Origin: Eledone cirrhosa
Lineage: Eukaryota
Assembly (NCBI GenBank): GCA_964016885.1
Contig: OZ024763.1
Span: forward strand, 25,978,001-26,042,000
DNA: 64,000 bases
Direction: 5' to 3'
Shown piece after piece: positions 1 through 18,450 of this stretch; within the stretch, counting starts at the first letter, position 1; every line of letters begins with the position of its first letter. The notes under the pieces were generated by a model, which saw nothing but the letters and a program-made list of their open reading frames with translations, had not been told where the DNA came from and searched no databases. The translations under genes were made by a program, and so were the position numbers.

Positions 1-48
1 GGGTTAAATTAAGATACTCCAACATAATTTTATAAAAGAACCTTTTGT

Positions 49-248
49 TAACCCTTTAGCATTTACATTACTCTATATTTACTATTATATTTACTATTAA
101 ATTTTCATCTCACATAATATTGAAGCTATGAGATTTTGATATGATTTATTTTGAAACCAATACCTTAACATAAGTATGAGTGGCTGGTTTGAACAGAAAG
201 AGGTGAGAGAATTCTGGCTGGGTATGGCTGGTTTAAATGCTAAAGGGT
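49..248. mobile_element. piggyBac-like MITE (~200 bp); second copy at ~327-492
   Basis: Begins TTAA-CCCTTTAGCATTTA and ends TAAATGCTAAAGGG(TTAA). CCC...GGG termini with TTAA target sites are the piggyBac signature. Recurs at 4659, 7251, 7424 and 48834. Confidence 0.75.
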
Positions 249-581
249 GAGGGTTAGGATTAAGGTTAGAGTGAGGCTTAGGAATAGGTGAAAGTATTCT
301 GGCCAGATACGGCCGGTTTAAATGCTATTTAGCATTTACATTTCTCTATACATACTATTGTATTTTCATGGTAAAGACTTTACCTCGCATAATATCGAAT
401 CTATGAGATTTTGATGTTATTTATTTTGAGAACAATACCTTAACATCAGTATGAGCAGCTGGTTATGGCTGGTTTAAATGCTAAAGGGTTAATGGCTTTG
501 AACTTGTTGCAGGAATTTAGCTCCCTTTTTGTTACCAGTTCCACTATCTTTTAGGCGATGATAAAATGAATATAAAGTACC

Positions 582-932
582 ACTGGACTGGGCTCAACGA
601 GACTAGGTTGGGCTTGGCTGGGCTGGACTGGGCTCAACGAGACTAGGTTGGGCTTGGCTGGGCTGGACCGGGCTCGATGAGTCTGGGCTGGGCTAGGTTG
701 GGCTTGGCTGGACTGGACTGGGCTCAACGAGACTAGGTTGGGCTTGGCTGGGCTGGACCGGGTTCGACGAGTCTGGGCTAGGTTGGGCTTGGCTGGACTG
801 GACCGGGCTCGATGAGTCTGGGCTGGGCTAGGTTGGGCTTGGCTGGACTGGACTGGGCTCAACGAGTTTGGGCTAAGCTGGGCTTGACTGAACTGTACTG
901 GGCTCAACAAGACTAGGCTGGGCTGGACTGGC
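582..932. repeat. G-rich pentamer-based minisatellite (GGGCT/GGACT/GGCT)
   Basis: Repeating ~40-55 bp higher-order unit ctggactgggctcaacgagactaggttgggcttggctggg. The ORF at 551..934 is its translation. Confidence 0.9.
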
Positions 933-974
933 AAATTGAAGTATTAAGATTTAGTAACCATGTAAAATCTCCTT

Positions 975-1935
975 TCTTTTCATCTCCCTCTCTCTTATCC
1001 CCAGGGTTTTGTGTGTGGGGGGAGCGGGTTTAAATCTTGATTGTACCTTTATAGAAAAAAAATTTTTTTTTCAATTTTTAGCAATGTATTAATAGGTTTG
1101 GGTTGGGTAGGGAAAATATTTCATGTTGTTGTTGTTGTTGTTGTGTAGTTGTTGTTGATGATGATGATGATGACCAAGGTCCTCTCCCCTCTTTCTCCAA
1201 CCCCGAAGGAGTTTTTTGCGAGGGTGGTAAATCCTTTTTTAATGACCTATTTATAGGTTCGGGTTGGGTAGAGAAAGTAGTTTATGTTGATGATATTGAC
1301 GATGATGACTACGGTCCTCTCCCCAACCACCCCTCTTATTCCCCCCCCCCCCCCCCCGGGGATTTAAAAAAAATTTAAATCATCATGGTTATACCTTTAT
1401 AAATTAATAGTTGGTGATGATGATGATGATGGACACGGTCCTCTTAGCCCCAGGGTATTTTGTGTTTTTTTTTATATACATCATTGTTATTTTAAAAAAT
1501 GTATTATTTTTTAATTTTTTTAACGATTTATTAATTATAGGCTTGGGTTGGATAGAGAGGTAGTTTATGATGATGATGATGATGATGATGATTATCAACC
1601 TATCCCCTCTCTCTCCTCCATCTCTCTTACTCCCCAGGGTTTTTTTGTTATTTTTTTCATAAATTCTGGTTATAACTTTATAAAAAAAATGTTTTTATTG
1701 CATTTTTTAACAATTTATTAATTATAGGTTCGGATTGGGTAGAGAAAACATTTCATGATGTTGATAATAATGATGATGATGATTACCACTCTCTCCCCCA
1801 TCTCTTTTGCTCCCCAGGGGATTTTTTTTTCATTTTTTAACAATTTAATTATAGGTTCAGGTTGGGTAGAGAAAAAGTTTATGATGTTGTTGATGATGAT
1901 GACGACCACAGTGGTGATGATGATGATGATGATGA
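975..1935. repeat. Degenerate tandem repeat, about 5 units of ~180-200 bp with (GAT)n tails
   Basis: ccccaggg...ttaattataggttcgggttgggtagagaaa...(gat)n recurs at about 1090, 1255, 1535, 1720 and 1850. Confidence 0.75.
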
Positions 1936-2650
1936 ACATTAATATAAAAAAAAAATGTGATCAATCTTATTTAAGAAAAAAAAACCCACATGCACACACA
2001 CAGACGCACACACATACACGTGAAACAAAAACAAAACAAAAACAAAAAAATAAATACAAGAAAATCACCCCCAACACCACCACCAGATCCACCCCCATCC
2101 AACCCCACCCCCATCCTGCCAGAAGTAATGTTTCTTTTTCTTCTTTTTCCTTTTCTTTTTCATTAAAAAAAAAAAAATTTCATTGAATGTAATTGCAGTC
2201 CCCACCACAACCACTACCCACCCACACTCGCCTCCTCCCCACTCCTCCAACATCATTAAAATTTTTAACTATGAATAAAATTTAAATAAAAAATATAAAT
2301 ATATATATAAAATAAAAACAATTCCAAATATGGTATGGTTATTTCTTTAATGAAATCTTTTGGAATCGGATCTGTCTGAAACTCGTCCCTGGTTTTATAA
2401 TATATATGTGTGTGTATATATATATATATATATATAAATATTATCTATATATATATGTATATATATGAAGAAGGGAATTTTAAGTCCGAAATATTAGGAC
2501 AAAAGGAACTACAGTAACAAAGATTACCAGGTAACTTTCCATTAAATCATCTTACCTTCCATTTGGCATTGTTTAGCTTTATATCACTTTCCACATTATA
2601 TATTATATACATTTCTTCAAGCAAACTACATTTTATTTTATATATATATA

Positions 2651-2990
2651 GTGTCAATGTCAATGTGCGTGAACGACCAAGCATAGATGAGTTGAGAGAG
2701 AAACTGGGTCTAAGAGGGATAAGTTGTAGTGTGCGGGAGAGAAGCCTGAGATGGTATGGACATGTGATGCGCATGGAGGATGACTGCTGGGTAAAGAAGT
2801 GCCAAGAAAACCCAGTAGAAGGAAGACGTAGTAGAAGATCACAAAAAACATGGGCAGAGGTGGTAAGAGCAGACCTCAACGCTGAAGCTCACGGAGGAGA
2901 TGATGAAGGACAAGTGGAGAGATGCTGTGCTGAATAGGACCTGTCCCACCCTTGCAAGCAGGGAAAAGCGGACGTAAAATGTTGAGGATG
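2651..2990 (+). mobile_element. RTE-clade LINE, 3' fragment of ORF2 plus tail
   Basis: Translation ...RERSLRWYGHVMRMEDDCWVKKC...EGRRSRR..KTW.EVV..DL is a typical RTE C-terminus; 3' tail cctgtcccacccttgcaagcagggaaaagcggacgtaaaatg. Confidence 0.9.
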
Positions 2991-3193
2991 ATAGTATATA
3001 GTATAAGAATAAAGGAACAAAGAACCGCTGTTGCATCTTAACGTATTACATATGTTTCACTCTCGATCAGCTCAAGGAATGATCTGTTATTGATTGAACC
3101 TAACTCTGGAATTGAAAGATCCTCAGATATGTAAGCTTCTGATTTTGAATGAATATCTCTCGGCATACCGCCTACAGACGCAATTATCTTGCA

Positions 3194-3252
<59 letters not shown>

Positions 3253-3255
<3 letters not shown>

Positions 3256-3590
3256 CACATGGCTTAGTGGTTAGAGCATTGGCCTTGCAATCGAAAGGTT
3301 GTGAGTTCAATTCTCAGACCGGGTGATGTGTTGTTTCCTTGAGCAAGACACTTTATTTCACATTGCTCCAGTTTACTCAGCTGTAGAAATGAGATGATAG
3401 GGACTGGGGCCATATCATTTCACTGCAAAGTGGTCGTGGAGGTGCCACGGCAAAAAAGCACCCAGCACTCACTGTAAATGAGGTTGGTGTTAGGAAAGGC
3501 ATCCAGCTGTAGAAATCAAGCCAGAATCAGTTCCTGTCCCACCCTTGCAAGCAGGGAAAAAGCGGACGTAAAATGAAATGATGATATATA
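3253..3590 (+). mobile_element. tRNA-derived SINE with RTE-derived tail
   Basis: A box tggcttagtgg, B box gagttcaattc, central ccttgagcaagacacttt...ctccagtttactcagctg domain; last ~50 nt nearly identical to the RTE tail at 2939-2982. Confidence 0.85.
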
Positions 3591-3676
3591 GTATTAATAA
3601 ATGTGAAGACTAAAATCCAAAGAGGGCTGGATAAGGATTATATATATATAAATATATATAAAAAACCATAGAGCAA

Positions 3677-3802
3677 ATATTTATTAAAATAACAGATTAA
3701 AGTTCAAGCGAAGAATCGCTGCTTTTACCCTTAACGGGATCACTTGTTAAGGATAAAGCAGGGATTCTTTGCTGAAACTTTAATCTGTTATTTTAATAAA
3801 TA
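3677..3802. mobile_element. Short palindromic element (MITE-like); related pieces at 50130-50290 and 55980-56030
   Basis: tatttattaaaataacagattaaagtt... pairs with ...aactttaatctgttattttaataaata. Confidence 0.6.
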
Positions 3803-4042
3803 AATATATATATCAAATTAAAAACAGAGTTAAAGACTCACATTAATCCCCTATAATTTAATGAGCTCAAGGAATAGATTCCGGGCTCTTTATAAATCAG
3901 CATATAGAGAGAAGTACACATAGAGATGTGTGTTCAATCATAGGGGATAAAAAACTACCAGAGTGAAGAACATGTCTACAAAAGGAAAGGTGAATTCAAA
4001 TCAATTAAAAGAATAAATTAAAGTGTACTAACCATCCAATAT

Positions 4043-4176
4043 AGGCGGCAATTTAGCAGAGTCGTTAGAATGTCAGATAGAATGCTTTATGGTATTTGTT
4101 CCAGCTCTCTCAGTTCAAATGTGGCTGAAGTCAACTTTGCTTTTCATCCTTTCAAGGTTGATAAAAAAAAGTACCA
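4043..4176 (+). mobile_element. tRNA-derived SINE, Nin/Deu-like domain family (degenerate)
   Basis: ggcggcaatttagcag...gttcaaat...gtcaactttgcttttcatcctttcaaggttgataaaa...gtacc. Confidence 0.7.
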
Positions 4177-4658
4177 TTCTTGCAGGGTCCTTGTTTGCCT
4201 TTAAAATGTGAGGGAGACAAACCATCATTTGTTGATTCTTAAAGGAGCATACATTGCTTATGGTGCCTTATCACATAAGCAAAATTTTACGCTAATTAAA
4301 TTTTATATATTCAAATGAAGTTCAGATATAAAAAAAAATAAGCTTTAAAAGAATTTATTATATCAAATAAACAAAAAACAAAAGATGGTCTGTTCCCCAT
4401 TTCTGAAAAAGTGGTGGGGACTTGTCCCTTGGTACCCCCCCCCCCTAAAACAAGGCCCTTGCAGTCTAATACTGTGTTCGATTCTTCCTTTCTATGGAAG
4501 AAATCTGTACTCTGGCCTTGAGAGGGAAGGGCTCCACCAGGCTTGTAATGCTGTATGTCAATATGGCACCCCTACCACTCTATCAGAAGTTATGGGACCA
4601 TACCATATATATATATATAAACAGGTAGATAGGTGGAAAAATTATCTTTTAAATTTTA

Positions 4659-4837
4659 TTTAACCCTTTAGCATTCACATTACTCTGTGTATACTATTAT
4701 ATTTTCATGGTAAATGCTTTATCTCATAATATCGAATCTATGAGATTTTGAGAACAATACCTTAACACCAGTATGAGTGACCAGTTTCAACAGAAAAAAG
4801 TAGAGAATTCTGGCCGGTTTGAACATTAAAGGGTTAA
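4659..4837. mobile_element. piggyBac-like MITE
   Basis: ttaaccctttagcatt ... aacattaaagggttaa; same family as 49-248. Confidence 0.75.
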
Positions 4838-5091
4838 GTCCTTCCACGTGTTTCAAGGGAGTTGTACATCAAATTATTTGAAATGTTATGAAACAATTCA
4901 CATAATCAATATCTATATACACAGGCATTGACATATATACTCTCGGGTCTTGAATAATACCCCCCCCCCCCCCACTTATTTTTCAGATTTTTTTCCACCC
5001 CCATCCCCACCCTCTTATTAAATTTTGCTAATCTATTTCTAGCAAAATGTTATTGTGATTCATATTGATACAGCAGCTGGAGAATCTAATA

Positions 5092-5309
5092 ATGGTTTCT
5101 TATATAGGCACAAGGCCAGCAATTTGGGGGGAGGGGAAAGTCGATTAAATCGACCCCAGTGCGTGACTGGTACTTTATTTTATCGATCCTGTAAGAATGA
5201 AAAGCAAAGTGAACCTTGGCTGGATTTGAACTCAGATCATAAAGGGCCATAACTCTATGCTGCAAAACATGGCGTCCGACCCTCTACCGATACTGCCAAT
5301 CCACCGCCC
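5092..5309 (-). mobile_element. tRNA-derived SINE, Nin/Deu-like family, full length
   Basis: Reverse complement of the SINE at 11742-11966 (ggcggtggattggcagtatcggtagagggtcggacgccatg...). Confidence 0.85.
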
Positions 5310-6340
5310 TTGGAGAATCTAATAATAATAATTTTTATTTTACATTATAAAAACATTATATATGATAAAAAAAAAAGAACATTACAAAAACCCCATGTTT
5401 ACAAACGTTCCCTATACAATTACCGATTTCCCCCCTTTGCTTATAAGAATTCAAGCAAATGTCCCCCCACCCCTTGCGCTTATTCCACCAGATGGGGAGC
5501 TGGTTTAGTTGCTGACTGCTCAATCATGAACCAGGTTATACTGGATTACATGGTACCAGTAGCAACCCGAAGCCTGACCTGACCAAAATATATATATATT
5601 TGCTCAATGGACATACATATATATATCAGATAGGGTGTGGTAAAATACCAGATGGACCATAACCCACCAGAGTACTTGATACTCGGATCTAGCTGTTGAA
5701 ACAGCTGTCAGGGGTCCTGTATCTTTTCATATATATATATATATATATCGAGTCCTCTCTGGATTTGTCCTCTTTGTATTTATTACTACTATATATAAAT
5801 GTATGTGTGTGTATTGAACAATGAAAATACACATATATATAAATGACTCAGTTAACTTGAACAAATGTTTCAAGGAAACCTTATGTGATGAGCACCTACC
5901 ACAAAAACTATAAGACTTACTGAAACAACCTATTCAATGCCATTTGAGTTCTCACAATGCTATCAGTCCCACCACAAACATGAAAACCAAGAGAGAGATG
6001 TAAAATCCTGACCACAACGGATACATATCTCTATACCCACTCTACATCTCCCCATGTATTGAGTGCTCACATGATTAGTGTTCTCCTCAGTCCCAGCACA
6101 GCAGACTCTCTCTCTCTTTCTCTCTCTCTATATATATATAGTTTAAAAAAGGATAAACTGAGATACAGTAAAAATAGTCTTATTAGTTTCACGCTTGAAG
6201 GAAAAAAGAAAGTTCAATGTATTGGATCTTAGTCCTTCATCAGGAGCAGAGGAAACACTAAGATTAGGTTCACACACATATATATTTATATATATAAATA
6301 TATATATACACCTACCAGCATTTTCAATACATTGTTTGAT

Positions 6341-7100
6341 GTTCAATGTAAATGTGAGAGAAAAGCAAAGTCAGAATGAAGTGAAATCCGAAGTAGTGTG
6401 CAAGAGAGAAGACTGCATTGGTACAGACGTGATGCACATGGATGATGATTTTTGGGTGAAGAAGTGGAGGTAGGCCAAGGAAGATGTGGTGAGAGCTGAT
6501 CTCAAATTGTTGAGACTCACAGTGGAGATGACCTGGGCAGAGGTGGTGAAAGCTGACCTCACATCGCTGAGACACACATAAGAGATGGTGAAGGAATGCA
6601 GCTAGTGGAAGGAAGCTGCAGTAGAAGTAGACAAAAACAGACCTGGGCAGATGTGGTGAGAGCTGATCTCAAATTGTTGAGACTCACAGTGGAGATGACC
6701 TGGGCAGTGGTGGTGAAAGCTGACCTCACATCGCTGAGACACACAGAAGAGATGGCAAAGGAAGTGGCAGTAGAGGTAGACAGAAAGACCTGGGCAGAGG
6801 TGGTGAAAGCTGACCACACAGAAGAGATGGTAAAGGAAGGAAGCCGCAGTAGAGGTAGACAAAGAAAGACTTGGGGCGGATGTGGTGAAAACTGACCTCA
6901 CATCGCTGAGATACACAGAAGGAATGAAGCTAGTGGAAGGAAGCTGCAGTAGAGGTATACAGAGAAAGACCTGGACAGATGTGGTGAGAGCTGATCTCTA
7001 ATTGTTGAGAATCACAGTAGAGATGATGAAAGATTGTGACATGTAGAGAGTTGTTCTGCTGAGAAAGACCCGTCCAACCCATGCAAGTATGTAAAAACGA
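6341..7100 (+). mobile_element. RTE LINE 3' fragment with internal tandem amplification
   Basis: RTE C-terminal motifs; the block gacctgggcagaggtggtgaaagctgacctc is repeated about 7 times; ends with tail gacccgtccaacccatgcaag. Confidence 0.8.
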
Positions 7101-7250
7101 TGTCGGATATTACGTTTATGTCAAGAGGTAAGTTTTTTATCTGTCTCTAATTCTAATTCTAACCTTAATTTTAGATCTCACACACTCAACTTTTCTACAT
7201 CTTTCTACTCCTTCACCTACACTAACAATAAAACACAAAACATACAGTTT

Positions 7251-7639
7251 TTAACCCTTTAGCATTTACATTACTCTATATTTACTATTGTATTTTCATA
7301 TAATTATTTCACATAATATGGAATCGACGAGATTTTGATGATATTGTTAATACCTTAACATCAGTATGAGCGGCCAGTTTGAACAGGTGAAAAGTGAGAG
7401 AATTCTGGCCAGATATTGCCTGATTAACCCTTTAGCATTTACATTACTCTATATTTACTATTATATTTTCATTGTAAAGGCTTTATCTCACATAATATCG
7501 AATCTATGAAATTTTAATATTATTTATTTTGAGAACAATACCTTAATGTCAGTATGAGTGGCCAGTTACAACCGGTTTAAATAGAAAGAGGTGAGAGAAT
7601 TCTGGCCGGATACAGCTGGTTTAAATGCTAAAGGGTTAA
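7251..7639. mobile_element. Two tandem piggyBac-like MITEs
   Basis: ttaaccctttagcatttac at 7251 and 7424; end taaatgctaaagggttaa at 7639. Confidence 0.75.
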
Positions 7640-8024
7640 ACAAGCTTTATCTCAGCTACCTCACTCTTCTTTTTTACTTTCTGACTCAAAACTCCGCCAG
7701 TTGCAGACTGCGCATTAACATGTGATATCTGTCTCTACAAAGCTTGATCACTCTTCTTACCGTGCCCCAGTCTTCATGCACTAAAAAAAAAAAAAACTAA
7801 CTACACAACCCACCATATATATTTTATGTCTGAGAAATGGGCAAAAATCCAAACCCTATCTACATAGAATTTGAAGTTGGTGAAAAAAAATTGTCAAAAT
7901 ATTGACCGATCAAAATATAAGTCGGTCCCGATTCTACCATTGATTTTTTTTTTAGCATTTACATTACACGACTATTATATTTTCATGGTATAGTCTTTCC
8001 TGACATTTGTACATTATACTATGT

Positions 8025-8340
8025 ACCTTCAAATGCCGCCAAGGTTAAACTTTGCCTTTCATCCTTATGGGGTCGATAAAATAAAGTACCAGTAATGTAC
8101 TGGATAATTGCTGGCCTTGTGCCTAAAGTAGAAACAATTATACTATGTACTATACATACACCTTTGATGAGTTGTAGTGCACCTGAGCACTGTTCACAAT
8201 AATTTCATTATTATTATTAATTAAGTTCAAATCTCGCCGAGGTTAACTTTGCCTTTCATCCTTACGGGGTCGATAAAATCAAGTTCGAGTAATGTACTGG
8301 GATAATGTTGGCCTTGTGCCAAAAGTAGAAACAATTATTA
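8025..8340 (+). mobile_element. Two partial Nin/Deu-like SINEs
   Basis: gttcaaat..cgccgaggttaactttgcctttcatccttacggggtcgataaaat...tggccttgtgcc.aaagtagaaacaatt occurs twice. Confidence 0.8.
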
Positions 8341-9113
8341 TTATTATAATTATCTTACTTAATATGGAATCTACGAGATTTTGATGATATTAATTTTGAG
8401 AACAATACCTTAATGTCAGTATGAGTGGCCAATTATGGCCAGTTTCAACAGAAAGAGGTGAGAGAATTCTGGCTGGATACAGCTGGGTTAAACAAGTTTT
8501 ATCTAATTTATTGTATTTTATTACAGTCTAACTTCTCCCTATAGCTCAGTCTTCTTACCTTGTCCTGATCTGCATGCACTACAAAAACAAAAACTACAGA
8601 ACCCACTATATATATGTTAGTGCAGGCTCTCCTAAACTGCACAACCCACTATATATATTTTAGAGCAGGGTTTTCCAAACTTTTTCAAACACAGCCCTTT
8701 TTGGTTCAGAAACATTTGGGGCAACCCCAGTCTAATACTGTTATATGGTCGTATTGTAAATATACTCCTCTACCTTTTTTTGAAGGAACCCACAGATACT
8801 CCTGTGTGGAACCCACTTTGGGAACCATTGTGTTAGAGTATGACGGTACTTTAAACTGATTAGGTGAGTGATTTTCTTCTCTATATGAAGTCTAGTATGT
8901 TGGTGTAAGAAACAGCAGTACCATCCCAGATGTGGGAGAAGTACTTATCCTCAGTGCCAGATTTACCATTGTGCTTAAGCACAGGGCCCCTTTGGCCGAG
9001 CGGTGGGGGGGAATCTTCCCGCCCCTAAAGTTTTTTTACCTCCTTCAGGGCCTAAGTAAGGGGCCTCATAACTTAACTAGCATAGGGCCTCATTTGTCCT
9101 AAATCCGCCACTT

Positions 9114-9334
9114 TACCATATATACTCGGATATAAATCGAAGAATATGTAACAAAAAGAAAAATCGATGCTAGAATTGGGGTCGACTTATTTTGGGGTTA
9201 ATATTTTGACAATTTTTTTTCACCAACTTTAAATTCTACGTAGATAAGGTTTGGATTTTTTGCCCATTTCTCAGACATAAAATATTGGGGTTGGCTTATA
9301 TCTGTTACGACTTATATTCGAGTATATTACGGTA
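9114..9334. mobile_element. Tc2/pogo-like MITE; inverted partial copy at 7820-7950
   Basis: TIRs taccatatatactcggatataaatcga / cgacttatattcgagtatattacggta, flanked by TA. Confidence 0.65.
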
Positions 9335-10651
9335 CTTCATTGTGGGGTGGGCCTCGATTGAGTTTTATTGACCGTCAGTAATTGTTTATAGTGTGAATTA
9401 TTTTGTGGGCGTGAAGAATCGTACTATTAAATATCTCGTTATGGTCGAGTTGAGGTCTGGCTTGAGAGTTAAAGTAAACGACTGCAGTATCTCTGTATGT
9501 TTTCATTCCATTTTACTAGAAATAGCAGCTATATTTCCCTCGAATTACGGAGGCCAATTAGTTGTGACACGTGTAAAAGGCAATCTCCTATGTTTTCTCT
9601 GCTGCACACGAAGATATTAACGTGATATTTACACCTTTGGTTGCGTCAATAGTGAGAGATGGGGAATAGCGGGAGAGACGGAGGCAGTGACAGTGGGAGG
9701 TTGGTTCCATTGTGTTCGGACCTGGTATACATGTATATATTTATTTATTTACCATTCCTCCATTAACTGTAAATAAGGTATATTATGTCAATGTTTATAG
9801 TTTATGTAAATATATAAAAGTCTAAATATTATAAATGTAACTTCTGTTTTCTGAAATACGACGCGTTTTGCATGAATATTTATTATTTAATTATATATAG
9901 AGAGTAAGAGAGTGAAGAAGATAAAGTAAACCCAATGTAACAGATTTCGGATTTAGCGATCAAAATAACTAACTATAGAATCACATTCAAGCTGTCACGA
10001 AAAATAACTTAAAATCTATTTCATCCTTTCTCCATAAAAGCTGACTACAATTTCAAGTTATCTACAGGATAAGCTGGTAATGTAATATCGTTTCACCGGT
10101 GATATTATTAGTTTTACACCGGTTTTTTCAACACAATTCTTGTCGGATTTTATTTTCCGTGTATGTTTTGTGTTTTAACTTGTTTGTTTTTATATAGAGG
10201 GTTTCGTAAACATCTTTAATATATATATATACGTTCTGAACATAGCTATGACTATCTAATTATTACAGGCTTGTCTCTTCACGACCACAAAAACTTCTCC
10301 CACATCTGTTGCTCAGATTAACATACTGGACTCTATAAGCAGAGAAAAACTTCTCGGTGAATCAGTTTAAAATCTCCAGCACCGGAAACGTCCCAGCATC
10401 TGCATCCCACCCTCCACTACACACATACACGTGTATGTATGCTTATGTATACATGGATAAGTACACCCAGTCCTTCTTGTCCAGAATGTCGGTTCTTTGG
10501 AACTCGTTGCCCATGTCTTTCACCGGATGGTAGACTTTTGGGACATTCCATCCTGTGTTTATATGAGTACCTAAGATTATAGCGATCGAAACTGACCTTT
10601 ATTGTTTTAGAATGGACAGTAAAAAAAAATAACCTACGTCTAGGATTTCAG

Positions 10652-10865
10652 TAGGCTTAGTGGTTAGTGAGTTGAGTTCACAATCGTAAGGTTACGAGTT
10701 CGAATATCGGACCGGGTGGTACGTTGTATCTGCGAAGGTTAGCTTTGCTTTTCATCCTTCCGAGGTCGATAAAATAAAGTACCAGTAACACACTGGAGTC
10801 GATATAATCGATTTTCCTTCCTGTCTAAATTGGAAATCAATATTAAAATCAGAAACCATTATTGA
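10652..10865 (+). mobile_element. tRNA-derived SINE (degenerate)
   Basis: A box ggcttagtgg, B box gagttcgaat, then gctttgcttttcatccttccgaggtcgataaaataaagtaccag. Confidence 0.75.
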
Positions 10866-11138
10866 TCAAAGCTAACACACACATCTACATGCTCAATAAT
10901 CAGGTACGAGAGTTTAAGAACGTCACTGCAGATCATCTGGTTGTAGGATCAAATCAGGCCTAGAGAGACGAGAAACAAAGTCAAGATATATTTTATTAAA
11001 GGCCCCAAAAAGTAAAAGCCAATGTCGACCTCTTTGTAGTTTCAATAAAACTGAGAAAGCCATGAACACCACCACGTCTATTAAACTTCCAAAACAGAAA
11101 GTAGGTTTATAAATATTAATTTTCCAAGTATTTTTAAA

Positions 11139-11234
11139 GCCGTCTCATTGACCTAATGGTAGGTGTTAGAGACGGTGGAGATCTTGGTCAGGGTTTCGAT
11201 CTTGGCCAGGATCTGTATAAAATAAGGGGGTTTT
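11139..11234 (+). ncRNA. Putative Pol III two-hairpin small RNA, unit 1
   Basis: TATA at 11108 (-31); motif catgaacaccaccacgtc at -78..-61; hairpin 1 gccgtctc/gagacggt with inner accta/taggt; hairpin 2 agatcttggtc/ggccaggatct around gtttcgatc; TTTT at 11231. Confidence 0.55.
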
Positions 11235-11343
11235 GCAAATTTTTTACAGTTTTTTTTTTTTTTTTTTCCAATGTAAAATTACAAAAATTTATGGTAAAAG
11301 GAAAAAAAATGTTTATTTACTTTTTGACATTTTTAAAAAGCTG

Positions 11344-11453
11344 AAAAAAAATTAGTGAAACCCCCTTATTTTATCTCGATCGTGGCTAAGATTGAACCTC
11401 CAGACCAGGATCCCCACCATCTCTAACACCTACCAATAGCCCAATGAGACAAC
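11344..11453 (-). ncRNA. Putative Pol III two-hairpin small RNA, unit 2
   Basis: TATA at -31; gttgtctc/gagatggt stem with G:U pairs; B box ggttcaatc; T8 terminator; upstream -78 motif partly deleted. Confidence 0.45.
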
Positions 11454-11540
11454 TTTAAAAATACTTGGAAAATTAATATTTATAAACCTACTTTCTATTT
11501 TAGAAGCAAAATTCATGCCTTTCCCAGAGTTATTATTTCT

Positions 11541-11966
11541 ATTGGCAGTATCGGTAGAGGGTCGGACGCCATGCTTTGACGCATAGAGTTACGGCCCTTT
11601 CCATTCTGAGTTCAAATCCCGCCGAGGTTAACTTTGCCTTTCATCCTTACGGGGTCGATAAAATAAAGTACCAGTAATGTACAGGGGTAATTGCTGGCCT
11701 TGTGCCTAAAGTAGAAACAATTATTACTAAAAAAAAGGTCGAGGGCGGTGGATTGGCAATATCGGTAGAGGGTCGGACGCCATGCTTTGCAGCATAGAGT
11801 TACGGTCCTTTACAGTCTGAGTTCAAATCCCGCCGAGGTTAACTTTGCCTTTCATCCTAACGGGGTCGATCAAATAAAGCACCAGTAACGTACTGGGGTC
11901 GATTTAATCGATTTTTCCCCTCTCCCAAAATTGCTGGCCTTGAGCCTATATAAGAAACCATTATTA
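11541..11966 (+). mobile_element. Two tandem Nin/Deu-like tRNA SINEs
   Basis: ttggcagtatcggtagagggtcggacgccatgc...gagttcaaatcccgccgaggttaactttgcctttcatcc...gaaacaattatt at 11541 and 11742. Confidence 0.9.
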
Positions 11967-13185
11967 CTAAAAAGGGTCGACATTATTTTTCATCCTCAAG
12001 TAAATCTTCACTTTGTTTCTTATTGCTCTAGGGTTGATTTGAACCTACAATTGCTCCGACTTCAGTAATATTCTCTAACTTCAGATCTGTCATACCTAAT
12101 TAATGTGTGTGTGAAAGATTCCAACCTAGTGTGCCGTGTCTGCAAATTGTCAAACCTGATTCCTATATAGATAGATAATTTCTGTACGTTTGTAAGATTT
12201 GAACCTACAATGAGGTGATTTCAACTAATGGCCCTACGTATATGTATTTTTTCTTTTGTTAAAAATAATAATTAAAAGAAACTCTATATCTCCCGGAAAA
12301 GATTGAACTAACAACACTTTAAACTACATTACACCAATAACAACTAAGCTACCGATACACTAATTTCTATGTCAAAAATAATTAACTCCTCAATTTTTAA
12401 ATTACATTACTCCACCTCTTTATATTTTGAGAGCAAATCTTGTTGGAATTTATTTTTAATTTCTATCTTTTTCGAGTAGATAATAGTATAGTACCAGTCA
12501 TCTATTTAGTCAATTGGCTTCTTCCTCTAAATTTCTGGACTTGTTCCTAAGTAACAGATACACACAGTATATATCCGAACCACCAGTTTTAGCATTGGTA
12601 AACAACCTAATGTAAATGATATATAGTTTGTTAATGAAACATATTTTATTCCACTTATTATAAGTACATGATTGCAATAACAACAAAAGAAAAGAAAAAG
12701 TATTAAATAATGAAAGAAATTCTCATTCAGTAGACGTATTTTAATTTTTATTGTTTTCATTACATTAACTGCTCAGTGTACATTTTGTTTTTGTTCTTAC
12801 CATTTTCTACGTTGAATATATATATATTTGTATGTATGTGTGTATAAATATATATGTATATACCTAAGAATGTACATAAACACACACACATACACATATG
12901 TATATGTATATATACTATCCGGGAGCTTCCAACAGTAATGTTTGCATTCTTTAAGGGTATGTCAATATTTATTTATAAAACTGCTCTATATTATATTTTA
13001 TCTGATGAAAGCACACCATAATTTAACTTGGTGTCCTTGAAATATGTATAATGAAATAAATATGGTTTTATAAATATAGTTTCCATTTGTTAATATCGTA
13101 TTTTTACTCCAATTATTTGTTGAGTGCTTTATATCAGTTATAAAAATATTTGCTTGTTGTATCCCAACAATTTAAATAGAACTTT

Positions 13186-18450
<5,265 letters not shown>

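Larger units (their letters stand above)
10902..12097. repeat. Long imperfect palindrome, copy 1 (SINEs inserted in the right arm)
   Basis: Left arm from aggtacgagag is the reverse complement of the right arm ending ctgtcatacct; arms about 330-380 bp. Confidence 0.85.

Noticed and set aside
246-290. Telomere-like (TTAGGG)n
   Set aside because: Only about 7 highly degenerate units, interstitial and next to a MITE end.
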